From contig CAWDNU010000004.1 in the NCBI GenBank assembly GCA_963803705.1, forward strand, positions 32,001 through 96,000: a stretch of 64,000 bases of DNA. The letters run 5' to 3'. Under the pieces are notes generated by a model. It was not told where the DNA came from and searched no databases. It saw nothing but the letters and a program-made list of their open reading frames with translations. The position numbers and the translations under genes are program-made. Position 1 is the stretch's first letter, and each line of letters begins with the position of its first letter. This DNA comes from an uncultured Pseudobdellovibrionaceae bacterium (GTDB taxonomy: Bacteria; Bdellovibrionota; Bdellovibrionia; Bdellovibrionales; UBA1609). Positions 9,377-18,459 of the stretch are shown here, one piece after another.

Positions 9377-10516
9377 CTAATTAGAAGAATTTTCTAATAT
9401 TTTAGTATCGATATCACCAATCTCTTTGAGCGCCGCAGACTTGTCTAAATTTAACTCGGTTTTTCTATTATTTAACTGTGAAATAAGTCTTTCATTTAAC
9501 GAATCTTGATCCCGGGTAGACGTCCGAGCTAAAGTGATTTGGGTATCTAAAGTCAGCAAATCTAGATCTAGCTGGGCGATAATATCTTTTAGTGCAACTT
9601 TTTGTCTATCTAAAGTCCTTAGTTCCTCTGCACGAAAAAAACTATCTGAATTTTGCTCTAAACCTAAGTCCTCTAGATCAAAATCTTCTTCAGCAGTCAT
9701 ATTTGAAGAAGCACCTTCTGGATTCACACAGATTTGTGGTTCTAGAGCGCAGTTTGCACCAATTAACTTTTCTAAGGTAATTACTCGTGCGCTGAGGGCG
9801 TTAATTCTTTGTTCGCTTAAAACCAAGTTTTCTGAAAGCTCTACTCGTTTAGCTACATCAGCGTCTGAATCTATGCCTTCAAGTCTGACTAGATCCATTT
9901 GTATATCATCATTACTTTTCTGGGCTTCAACGATCTGCTCGTTTAAAAAAGTTTTTTCTGCTTTAAAAATTTCGAATCGGTCCAGCACTTCATCTTTTAG
10001 TACTTTAAGTCTGTCGTTAGACTTGTATTCAGACATTTGGCCGACAACTTCAGTAAACTTCTGCATAAGTTCTATCTCTTTTTCTTCTTTACCTGCTTCA
10101 TGCTCTAAAAGAACTGCTTCACTGTCAGCTAGTTCTGAAGCGTTCCTAGACTTTTCTTCTTCTAATCTTTCAATATTAGTAAAACTAACGTCAGCATTGT
10201 TAATAGCTTTAGAATTTGCAGCAACGCTATGTTTTAAATCTAATATATCAGCCTGCAATCTTAGGATGTTTTGGTGTCTTTCAGATATATCAACCTCAAT
10301 GCTTTCTAGCTCTCTTACGCTATTTTCTAAAGCGTCAAATTGTTCAATGGAAGGCTCAGTCAAAAGTCTTACAGTTTGGCCACTATTTAATGAACCTGTT
10401 CCAAAATCAGCGGCGTTAAAGCCATCTGTTTCTTTACAAGCTATTAAGCCTGTAAAAGCCAGTAAGCTGATAACATAGCGAAGTGAGTTAGATATGTGGA
10501 ATAACGATAATTTCAT
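9377..10516 (-). CDS. Coiled-coil lipoprotein, unknown function
   Basis: Lipobox GLIAC; acidic coiled-coil body. Start moved to the second Met (10516), which follows GGAGG. Confidence 0.7.
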   Translation of the reverse strand: MKLSLFHISNSLRYVISLLAFTGLIACKETDGFNAADFGTGSLNSGQTVRLLTEPSIEQFDALENSVRELESIEVDISERHQNILRLQADILDLKHSVAANSKAINNADVSFTNIERLEEEKSRNASELADSEAVLLEHEAGKEEKEIELMQKFTEVVGQMSEYKSNDRLKVLKDEVLDRFEIFKAEKTFLNEQIVEAQKSNDDIQMDLVRLEGIDSDADVAKRVELSENLVLSEQRINALSARVITLEKLIGANCALEPQICVNPEGASSNMTAEEDFDLEDLGLEQNSDSFFRAEELRTLDRQKVALKDIIAQLDLDLLTLDTQITLARTSTRDQDSLNERLISQLNNRKTELNLDKSAALKEIGDIDTKILENSSN

Positions 10517-10541
10517 GGCTAGAGCCTCCATAGCTTATAAG

Positions 10542-10557
10542 GCAATAACCAGACCAA
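10542..10557 (-). promoter_or_regulatory. Candidate sigma54 promoter
   Basis: TTGGTCTGGTTATTGC: GG-N10-GC spacing, just upstream of the RBS of the lipoprotein gene. Confidence 0.55.
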
Positions 10558-10788
10558 TCAAATGATACCGTCAAACGGTAGAAAGGCTTTACATTCGAGT
10601 TGATCTTAATTAAAACTGTCGCAGTAGCGTTCAGGGGCGCTTTTGTCCGTTTGAGTGCCAAAATATGGCTCTCTACAATACGTGTACCGTTGTTTGTAGA
10701 AGATTAAATGGTGTGTGTGAAATTGGTTTTGTGATAGAAAAACTTATACCTTGTAATTTAATGACTTGAAAAACTAAAGTTATCAAAA

Positions 10789-11646
10789 TCAGAAGTCTTC
10801 GACAAACCATTGTTGGTTTTCAAAATCAAAATACCAATTTTTTTCTTTTATTATGTTAAATCCAATAAGCGCCATAACCTCTGGACCCATAAATTTTTGA
10901 ATGGGCTTAAAGTCCACGGCCATAAGATATGGCGCAACTATAACTACTTCGTTGATATACGTGTTGGAAATACATCTCTCACTTTTTAAAGAGTTTCCAG
11001 TACCATCGGTAATACCACTGTCTGCTTTGCTAACAATGTAAAATGAGTCTGGGTAGCTTACGAGAAGGTCCCTCGAAATTAAGCTTGCTGCTGATCCAGA
11101 ATCAATAAAACTGTCTACCGCAGACCCTGTTCTACTAAACCGCACTGGAATGATAATATGTCCAAAGCTATCTACTGTAAAATCCCAGAGACCTTTGTTA
11201 TCGTTTGGCACATAGTTAAATGTAATAGAATTTTTATTATTATCCCAAAAAATTTTCTGGTTTTTGAAAACATCGAGACCAATAAGTGTGTTTTTTGGCG
11301 CGTATTGATAACAATAAATAGGATTTATCAATTGGGAAGTATAAGTCTTTCCAAGCTTAAGTTTTAAATTAGCTAGAATATCACATTCATAAGCAGCGCC
11401 GGATGCTGTGCTGTAACTAACTGTTCCTATTATAGAAGGACTTTGCAATTGATTAAAAGATTCTAAAGATAAACTTGTTAAGTTTAGTCCCAAATCGATC
11501 TTGCACGCAAGATTGTTCTGGCAAGAGGTCAAAAATTCGCCAGTAGAGAACATAGAATTAGTTTTTCGTAATTCTATTGATGAGCCTAAAGCTTGGTTGT
11601 GAAAAACTAAGACAAACAGCACATAAAAAAAATTTAGTTTGGACAT
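10789..11646 (-). CDS. Secreted retropepsin-like aspartyl protease (tandem domains)
   Basis: Signal peptide; FIDSGSAASLIS with LIGFNII; degenerate first repeat KIDLG with LIGLDVF. Confidence 0.7.
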   Translation of the reverse strand: MSKLNFFYVLFVLVFHNQALGSSIELRKTNSMFSTGEFLTSCQNNLACKIDLGLNLTSLSLESFNQLQSPSIIGTVSYSTASGAAYECDILANLKLKLGKTYTSQLINPIYCYQYAPKNTLIGLDVFKNQKIFWDNNKNSITFNYVPNDNKGLWDFTVDSFGHIIIPVRFSRTGSAVDSFIDSGSAASLISRDLLVSYPDSFYIVSKADSGITDGTGNSLKSERCISNTYINEVVIVAPYLMAVDFKPIQKFMGPEVMALIGFNIIKEKNWYFDFENQQWFVEDF

Positions 11647-11785
11647 TTGAGGCTCTCAAAATTCATAAGAGTGTCTTTGCAATAATTATTCTTAATATTT
11701 TATATTCTATAGTTCGCACAGCGTCTTGAACATGAACCAAAAATGTCACTTTAATTAAAAGAAGACAATTATTGTCGTTTCACAA

Positions 11786-12811
11786 TCAGGTGTTTAGTAA
11801 TGGTGTGGCTTTCTTTGCAATAGACTCTGCAGAGTAGAACTTTTCATTTAAACAAGGCACTCTAACAAACTCTACGCCACCGTGTTTTAAAAAATCTTTC
11901 TTTAGCTCAATATCTAATTCCTCTAGAGTCTCTAGACAGTCCGTTACGAAGGCCAATGAAAACACTAAAAGCTTTTTAACTTTCTGGGTTTTTGCCATTT
12001 CAGTCGTGACGATATCAGTGTATGGCTTAATCCAGGCCTGAGGCCCTAGTCGACTTTGAAACGACATGGACCATTTTTCATCTTGAAGCTTAAGCTTTTT
12101 AGCTACAAGCTTAGCCGTCTGGTAGCACTGGGCTCTGTAGCACTTTTTGTTACTTTCATTGATTTTGTTGCAGCAACTACCAAACTCACAAGTCGGGCTT
12201 ATTTTTTTCAAATGACTTTCCGGTAAACCATGAAATGAAAATAACACGTGATCAAATTTTTCGGGTTCAATAACTTTAGGAATTTCCATAATGATATTAT
12301 CAATAAATTCAGGCTCTTTGTAAAAATCTGGGATTAAAAAAAGCTTTGGCTTCCAGTCCATGACTTTAAGTTTTTCTTGTATGTAGGTGATCGTAGATTC
12401 AGTAGATGAAGACGCGTACTGCGGATAAGCTGGAAAAATGACAACTTCTTTGAAACCCTGGTTTTTGATTTCTGCCAAAACATCGATCACTTCTGGCTCG
12501 GAATATCTCATGGCATAAAACCAAGTGTGGTCAGAATCAGTCAAATTTAGGTTTTGAATCAGCTGGTCGGTAATAGCCACTAAGGGCGAGCCTTTTTTTG
12601 TCCATATTTTTTTATAAGCTTCAGCCGAGCGGGGTGATCTTCTAGGAATTACAAACTTTTTCATTAGCAGCCATCTTATGATATACGGCGCTGTAACAAC
12701 AAACGGATCCATTAAGAACCGATTTAAGTAGCTTTGTACATCTTTAACTTCAGTGGTTTTCGGAGAACCAATATTTAGTAATAAAACTGCTTTCTTTTTA
12801 TTTTCTGGCAT
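11786..12811 (-). CDS. hemH: Ferrochelatase
   Basis: LLLNIGSP, AMRYSEP, YPQYASSST, FSFHGLP, FQSRLG, FVTDCLETLEE. Confidence 0.97.
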   Translation of the reverse strand: MPENKKKAVLLLNIGSPKTTEVKDVQSYLNRFLMDPFVVTAPYIIRWLLMKKFVIPRRSPRSAEAYKKIWTKKGSPLVAITDQLIQNLNLTDSDHTWFYAMRYSEPEVIDVLAEIKNQGFKEVVIFPAYPQYASSSTESTITYIQEKLKVMDWKPKLFLIPDFYKEPEFIDNIIMEIPKVIEPEKFDHVLFSFHGLPESHLKKISPTCEFGSCCNKINESNKKCYRAQCYQTAKLVAKKLKLQDEKWSMSFQSRLGPQAWIKPYTDIVTTEMAKTQKVKKLLVFSLAFVTDCLETLEELDIELKKDFLKHGGVEFVRVPCLNEKFYSAESIAKKATPLLNT

Positions 12812-12822
12812 TAACTACATCC

Positions 12823-13998
12823 TTAAGATTTTTTAGATAAATAAACAGCTTTTTCTAAAATTTTGTTTAGACCAATATCACCTGTGTAGTTTGAAAGCTT
12901 AATCAGCTTATGTGAATTAAGGTTAGTTTCAACTTTAAAGTTATTCTGTAAAAGGCTTTCAAGTTCCAAGCTATAGCTGGGTATACCCTTCGACCAGTGA
13001 GTGACTTTCGAATATATTGGTTTACTGTAAATTCCAAACTTTTCATTTCTGAAATCAACAACTTTTTTTAAAGTGGATTCGTCTGATATAAAAGATTCTG
13101 ATACAATCCAGGTTTCACTAAAGGTGTTATGAGCAGATCTTCCTTCAAAAATATCAGAGTTAAATAAAACACCTAGTACTGAATTAGAGCCAGCAAATAG
13201 ACATCCAAAACCTTCAAACCGAGGTCGGTTTTCTTTTTCAAAAAACAAAGTAACCGAACTTACACTTATGTATTTGACAGCGGAACAGTCGGGTCTGGTA
13301 TCTACTATAATTGAGGCGTCTATGGATTTTGATTTCTCATTTGAATTTGAATTTAAAATTGAATTTAAGTTAAGTCTAAATGATTTATTTGATTCTAATG
13401 AAAGCAGGCCCTTGGTGAAAAATTCGGACATACCGTTTTTGGGTGCAAAAGACCCTTTAGTCTTAATTTTATTTTGTTGAAATAAAGATTTTAAACATAA
13501 GCTTGCCGATAGATTTTCGGGTCCTTGCGCATAAACTCCCTGAAGTGCTGGACCTAAAAGCTTGTTCACAAAAAAAGAATTACCAAAATTCCTTAATCCC
13601 CACTCAGAGACAGTCTCCATGGGCTTAGGTCTCAAACTTTGATTTGATCTAGCAAGCTTAACTAGTGGCACTAGACTTTTTGCTGTTTCAGAAAATGTTA
13701 AAGGCCAGCGCCTGGGCTTATCAGTGTACACCCACTTTTTACGAGCGACCTTCTTTCGTTCTGCCCACTTAATGCCAAAAGATGTCGCCATTTCTTGCAC
13801 CGATTCAGATAGCAGTACTGCGTTGGCAGCTTGCTCGATAATTCCATAATCTGATTTTTTAGTCTGTAATAGGCCGCCCACCTGGCTATCCTTTTCAAAG
13901 ACCTCAACCTCGAAACCAGCCTGTAGATAAGCCCAAGCTGCACTTAAACCGCTAAAGCCAAATCCTAAAATTGCAACTTTGCTATTTTTTTTAGTCAA
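12823..13998 (-). CDS. hemY: HemY-type FAD-dependent proto/coproporphyrinogen oxidase
   Basis: N-terminal GFGFSGLSAA..EK..GG dinucleotide fold, GFGCL, GVLFNS, position in hem operon; TTG start after AAGGAG. Confidence 0.85.
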   Translation of the reverse strand: MTKKNSKVAILGFGFSGLSAAWAYLQAGFEVEVFEKDSQVGGLLQTKKSDYGIIEQAANAVLLSESVQEMATSFGIKWAERKKVARKKWVYTDKPRRWPLTFSETAKSLVPLVKLARSNQSLRPKPMETVSEWGLRNFGNSFFVNKLLGPALQGVYAQGPENLSASLCLKSLFQQNKIKTKGSFAPKNGMSEFFTKGLLSLESNKSFRLNLNSILNSNSNEKSKSIDASIIVDTRPDCSAVKYISVSSVTLFFEKENRPRFEGFGCLFAGSNSVLGVLFNSDIFEGRSAHNTFSETWIVSESFISDESTLKKVVDFRNEKFGIYSKPIYSKVTHWSKGIPSYSLELESLLQNNFKVETNLNSHKLIKLSNYTGDIGLNKILEKAVYLSKKS

Positions 13999-14076
13999 TT
14001 GTAAGAACTCCTTTCTGTAACCGCCCTAACCCTCCTTGGGTAAGTGCCTGAAATCAAAAATTTGGCTGCCGTGATT

Positions 14077-14278
14077 GGTTTTGTCTTTGGCTTAAATCTT
14101 TTAAATTCTCTAAATACTTTGTGGCTAAAAAACGAGTTCTTTGGCATGCAGGCTTGTAGCTCAATTCTATCGAATTTTAGTGTAAATTTTTGCAAGCCAA
14201 ATCCCAATGTATGTCTGAGCTTTTTTAGCCACGAAGTATTTAGAGAATTTAAAAAGATTCAGGCTAAAGACGAAAACC
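14077..14278 (+). repeat. Fold-back element A (imperfect ~57-bp inverted arms around a conserved core)
   Basis: Arm 14077-14132 pairs with 14221-14278; core motifs shared with element B. Confidence 0.85.
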
Positions 14279-14285
14279 GCACTCA

Positions 14286-15629
14286 TCATAAACTCTTAGA
14301 GAAAACCTGTTGGCTAGGCTTGTTTGCTCTTAAGCGTTCATCTAAAGACATGCAAATATTTCTTAAAAAAGGCTGACCCTTAGGCGTGACAATAATTTTT
14401 TGATCTTTCACCTCTGCTAAACCATCAGAGATAAGTTCACCAAGAAAACCTTTTACTTCAACCTCATGGTCTTTGCTATCAAGTTCGGTTTGCCACATTG
14501 TCATAAGCTGTAAGATTTGTTCTCTTCTAAGCTTATCTTGCGCGGTCAGCTTGTGTCCCCTAAGAGTAGCTATTTCGCCATTTTCTATAAAGCGCTGGTA
14601 GACCTGATATTTCTTTTCATTTTGATGAAAGCAATCTGGAGTTTCAGAGATAGAACTGACTCCTAAACCTAAAAGGATATCGGACCTGTGGTGGGTGTAG
14701 CCCATAAAATTTCGATGCAGTTTTTTTTCTTGTAGGGCTTTATACAACGAATCTGTTTCAAGGGCAAAATGATCCATTCCAATTTCTTTATAGCCACCAT
14801 TCAACAGTATATTTCTGGCAACTTCGTAAAGTTCTCTTTTTTCAAGACCCATTGGAAGGTCCTCATCTTTATAAAGTCTGTGAGTGGGCTTGATCCAAGG
14901 CACCAAAGCAAACGAATACAAAGCGATTCGATCGGGTCGGTGCTCTAAGGTTTTTTCAGCTAAGACTTTCGTAGTTTCTTTTGTCTGCTTGGGCAGTCCA
15001 TAAATTAAATCGTAGTTAACCGAAGTGTAACCAATTTCTCGTGCTTTTTTTGTCAGGGCTAAAGTCATAGCCTCTGGCTGAATTCGATTTACAAGTCTTT
15101 GAACTTCAGGATCAAAGTCCTGAACTCCCATGCTGACCCTTCTAAACCCTATGTCGTAAAGTGCACTTAGTTGGTCAGCGGTCGTCCTGCGCGGATCAAC
15201 TTCGATGGAGGCTTCGAAAGATTTAGATTTTTTTATATTTTTAAATAATGAAGTCATCAGAAAAACTAAGTGGTCAGCACTTAAAAAAGTTGGAGTGCCC
15301 CCACCTAAATGAACCTCATTTAATTCTTTTTCTTTTATATAAGGCATCCTGTCTAAATATATCTGCCACTCGCTAAGCATATGTTTAACATATGGATGCT
15401 CTCTTTTGTGATCTTTAGTGATAATAGTGTTGCAACCGCAAAATGTACAAAGGGTCTCACAAAAAGGAATGTGAAGATACATAGACCATTTGGTGTCCTG
15501 TTTCGAGAAGTGTTTTTCTAAGGACTTAAGCCAATCCTCAGATGATGGGTTATCTTCCCAATAAGGCACAGTGGGGTAACTCGTATACCTGGGGACTTGC
15601 ACATCATATTTACTTAAAAGCTCAATCAC
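14286..15629 (-). CDS. hemN: Oxygen-independent coproporphyrinogen III oxidase (radical SAM)
   Basis: PRYTSYPT, HIPFCETLCTFCGC, GGGTP, IGMDHF, RNFMGYT. Confidence 0.97.
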   Translation of the reverse strand: MIELLSKYDVQVPRYTSYPTVPYWEDNPSSEDWLKSLEKHFSKQDTKWSMYLHIPFCETLCTFCGCNTIITKDHKREHPYVKHMLSEWQIYLDRMPYIKEKELNEVHLGGGTPTFLSADHLVFLMTSLFKNIKKSKSFEASIEVDPRRTTADQLSALYDIGFRRVSMGVQDFDPEVQRLVNRIQPEAMTLALTKKAREIGYTSVNYDLIYGLPKQTKETTKVLAEKTLEHRPDRIALYSFALVPWIKPTHRLYKDEDLPMGLEKRELYEVARNILLNGGYKEIGMDHFALETDSLYKALQEKKLHRNFMGYTHHRSDILLGLGVSSISETPDCFHQNEKKYQVYQRFIENGEIATLRGHKLTAQDKLRREQILQLMTMWQTELDSKDHEVEVKGFLGELISDGLAEVKDQKIIVTPKGQPFLRNICMSLDERLRANKPSQQVFSKSL

Positions 15630-16645
15630 GATAAAACCTCTCTGACTGTTTGTACGAAATATTTCACATTTTTTTCTGGGGTTTCAGGTAAGACTCCATG
15701 GCCAAGGCCGCAAACCCAACCTGCACGCTGCTGAATATTAAGATCTTTATAGATTTTTAAATATTGATCTAAAGTTTTTTTAAAATCTTCGTGGTCTTGA
15801 AATAAAAATAATTGATCAAAATTTCCTTGAATAAAACCAGATTTTTTATTTGTCTTCAAATATGCCGGCAAATCCCACCGGTGGTCAAATCCAAGGCCTG
15901 CCCACGAACAGCTTTTAAACTCTTCACTATAGTGAGCTTCTGTTGTTCCTTTAGAATAATAACCTAATTTATTTGGAAACGCTTTTGAAAGTTGCACAAG
16001 TTTAGGTTGAATCAAATTTCTAAATACATATGGACTGATCTCTCCGACAGCAGTGTCAAATAGCATCACGACTTCTACTCCGCCTGAAAGCTGTAGCTTA
16101 ATATTTTCCATAAGAAGCGGCATCAAAATTTCACAAAAAGGATCAAACAATTGTAGAGACTTTTTTGTCTGCTTTAGACCATCTTTGTGACTACCTTCGA
16201 CGGCGTAACTGAATAGGGTCCACGGACCTCCAACAAAGCCTACTAAACTTTTATCTTTGGGTAATGCTGACCTAGTTGCAACTACAGCATCTTTCTGAAA
16301 TTTAAGGCCTTCAATTGCTTCATCCACTAGCTTCAAGTTTTTCAAATTTTTTTCACTTAAATGCCAACCTAAAACTGGGCCTGGTTTGTAGTCTAGGCCC
16401 ATTCCCATAGCTTCCAGTGGAAAAAGCAAATCTGAAAATAAAATTGAAACGTCAAAATCAAAATCTTCTATAGGACCCAAAGCCACTTCACATGCAAGTT
16501 CGGGCTGTTTACATAACTCCATAAATGAATACTTTGATCTTAGATTTTGATAATGAGCATGGTAACGACCTGCTTGTCTCATAAACCAAATGGGTGGGCA
16601 ATTCTGAGCCTTATTGTGTAAAGCATTTTGAAATTTTGTATTCAT
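15626..16645 (-). CDS. hemE: Uroporphyrinogen decarboxylase
   Basis: PIWFMRQAGRY, ILFSDLL, GFVGGPWT, LGHGVLPETP. Confidence 0.97.
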   Translation of the reverse strand: MNTKFQNALHNKAQNCPPIWFMRQAGRYHAHYQNLRSKYSFMELCKQPELACEVALGPIEDFDFDVSILFSDLLFPLEAMGMGLDYKPGPVLGWHLSEKNLKNLKLVDEAIEGLKFQKDAVVATRSALPKDKSLVGFVGGPWTLFSYAVEGSHKDGLKQTKKSLQLFDPFCEILMPLLMENIKLQLSGGVEVVMLFDTAVGEISPYVFRNLIQPKLVQLSKAFPNKLGYYSKGTTEAHYSEEFKSCSWAGLGFDHRWDLPAYLKTNKKSGFIQGNFDQLFLFQDHEDFKKTLDQYLKIYKDLNIQQRAGWVCGLGHGVLPETPEKNVKYFVQTVREVLS

Positions 16646-16656
16646 TTTTGATCCCC

Positions 16657-16891
16657 TTATTTTAGATCTTTATTATTTTAACCAATAGCTCTTTCGATTC
16701 AATTTACAAAGACCTTGAAAATCTCAGACAAGCATTGTCATTCACCTTGCTTCCAGCCAAAGTAAGATTGGTGAAGAGTTGAAAAAGGCAGGTTTCGGCT
16801 GTGCAAGACTTCATGCCAAAGAACTCGTTTTCAAGGTCTTTGTAAATTGAATCGAAAGAGCTATTGGTTAAAATAAAAATATCTAAAATAA
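16657..16891 (-). repeat. Fold-back element B (perfect 49-bp inverted arms plus an 11-bp outer extension around the conserved core)
   Basis: 16673-16721 is the exact reverse complement of 16828-16876; 16657-16667 pairs with 16881-16891. Confidence 0.9.
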
Positions 16892-17560
16892 CCATTGATA
16901 CCCCAATCCCCTAACTGACTTCAGGTTGGTCTGATGCTCTTTTAAAGACTGTCTTAACCGAACGATACTATTATCAACAGTTCTCTCGCTAGGGTAATCG
17001 TTGATACCCCAAACTGCATTTAATATTTCGTCGCGAGAGACAACTTGCGGGGATTTCTGCATTAGTAGCTTTAAGATTAGCATGTCCTTTGTCTGGGGAA
17101 AAACTATCTCACCATCAAACCACTTAAAAGTCATTGACTCAAAATTGATGGTTAAGTTTTGAACCTCGTAAATCGAATTTTTAGAATGATTTTCTAGAAC
17201 ATGATTCATTCTAAGCTCTAACTCTTTATACAAAAATGGTTTGGGAATGTACTCTTCAGCACCTAGTTCGTAACCTTTCAACCTATCTTCAGGATTTCCC
17301 ATTGCAGTTAAAAATATTACGGGTTGCTTAAAGTTGTTTTCAGTCAGCCACTCAGAAAAATCAAATCCAGTTCCATCAGGCAAACCAACGTCTAGGATAA
17401 AAAGATCTACTTTAGCTAAACCTTCAAAATTTTTGGCCTCTTTCAAATTTTGAAACCAGTGAGTTCTAAATCCTGACTCTTCAAATTTTGGCACAAGGGA
17501 TCCCCCTAAGTCTAGATTATCCTCTAGTAAAAAAACACAGGATGAATTTGCCGCACTCAC
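16883..17560 (-). CDS. OmpR/PhoB family response regulator
   Basis: LLEDN, ILDVGLPDGTG, FLTA, KPF receiver motifs; winged helix RTVDNSIVRLR..SVRGLGY. Confidence 0.95.
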   Translation of the reverse strand: MSAANSSCVFLLEDNLDLGGSLVPKFEESGFRTHWFQNLKEAKNFEGLAKVDLFILDVGLPDGTGFDFSEWLTENNFKQPVIFLTAMGNPEDRLKGYELGAEEYIPKPFLYKELELRMNHVLENHSKNSIYEVQNLTINFESMTFKWFDGEIVFPQTKDMLILKLLMQKSPQVVSRDEILNAVWGINDYPSERTVDNSIVRLRQSLKEHQTNLKSVRGLGYQWLF

Positions 17561-18459
17561 GTCAATTCTCCTGTCTGGATCTCTAACCTAGCTGCTAAAG
17601 TTTTACCTGAAACAAAAAATGAAAGGTCTCCGTTCATCTTTTTCATCAGACTTTTAGATATAAATAAGCCAAGTCCCGACCCACGGTATAAGCCCCTGTA
17701 GTAGTGGCTGTTACCTAGTTTAGAAATATCGCCATCAAAGGTAAGACCATCGCTACATATATCTATATAAGCTTTATTCTTTACCGTTTGGGATTCAGCG
17801 ACTTCCACGCTAATCTCAGACGCTTTTGCGTGCTGTATCGCATTTTGAAACAAGTTCATTAAAACACTTGTTAGAAAAACCTTGTCCGCTCGAATCACTA
17901 CGTCTTTATTAATTGTCACTTCAAGCTCGGGCCACATTCGTTTCACGGAAGAGATGACCTCTGAAAGGCTAAACACAGAGTAAACTCCAAATGTCCTGTC
18001 ATCTTGTGACAGTAGTAGTGCATTTTCTAGCTTTAGTCCAAGGGCCTGACTTTCAGAGAACATTTTTTTATGTTCTTGGGGTGTGATAGATCGGTTAACT
18101 TGAATTAAGTTTTCTAGTGAAAGCCTATGAGTAGCAATGGTTGTCTTTAAATCATGAGTAAAGGCGGCAAAAAAAGATTCTCTTTCCTTTAAAAGTTTTG
18201 ACTCTTTTAAAAAGTAATAAATTAAAGCGCCCCCACCAAGAATAACAAGTGATAAAAAAACCAAACCTTCTTGAATAAGCATTTTCTGGTATCTTAAAAT
18301 GTTATTGGAATTTTCCCACCGAGTTTTCGATAAGGAGTCATATTGTAAATAGCTAAAGTAGACCCACCAGGCACCCAAGGCTGTAGTGAAAACAAACCAC
18401 AACAAAGCCAATACAGCTTTTTTATTGTGAGCCCATGAAAGTGAAAATACAAAACTCAT
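17557..18459 (-). CDS. Membrane sensor histidine kinase (2 TM, short periplasmic loop)
   Basis: H-box FTHDLKT, N-box NLFQNAIQH, G2 box GSGLGLFI. Confidence 0.92.
   Translation of the reverse strand: MSFVFSLSWAHNKKAVLALLWFVFTTALGAWWVYFSYLQYDSLSKTRWENSNNILRYQKMLIQEGLVFLSLVILGGGALIYYFLKESKLLKERESFFAAFTHDLKTTIATHRLSLENLIQVNRSITPQEHKKMFSESQALGLKLENALLLSQDDRTFGVYSVFSLSEVISSVKRMWPELEVTINKDVVIRADKVFLTSVLMNLFQNAIQHAKASEISVEVAESQTVKNKAYIDICSDGLTFDGDISKLGNSHYYRGLYRGSGLGLFISKSLMKKMNGDLSFFVSGKTLAARLEIQTGELT

Noticed and set aside
9534..10478. 314-aa plus-strand ORF
   Set aside because: Ser-rich antisense shadow of the lipoprotein gene, with no RBS or motif.
14129..14224. Hammerhead ribozyme reading of the fold-back core (CTGAG, GAAA-like motifs)
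   Set aside because: Motif order and stems do not fit the CUGAnGA...GAAA...UH topology.
13995..16895. Short ORFs 14044-14376 and 16704-16895 sharing the peptide NEFFGM, and ORF 13995-14207
   Set aside because: The similarity comes from the shared nucleotide core of the fold-back elements; no RBS and the flanking peptide is unrelated, so treated as non-coding.
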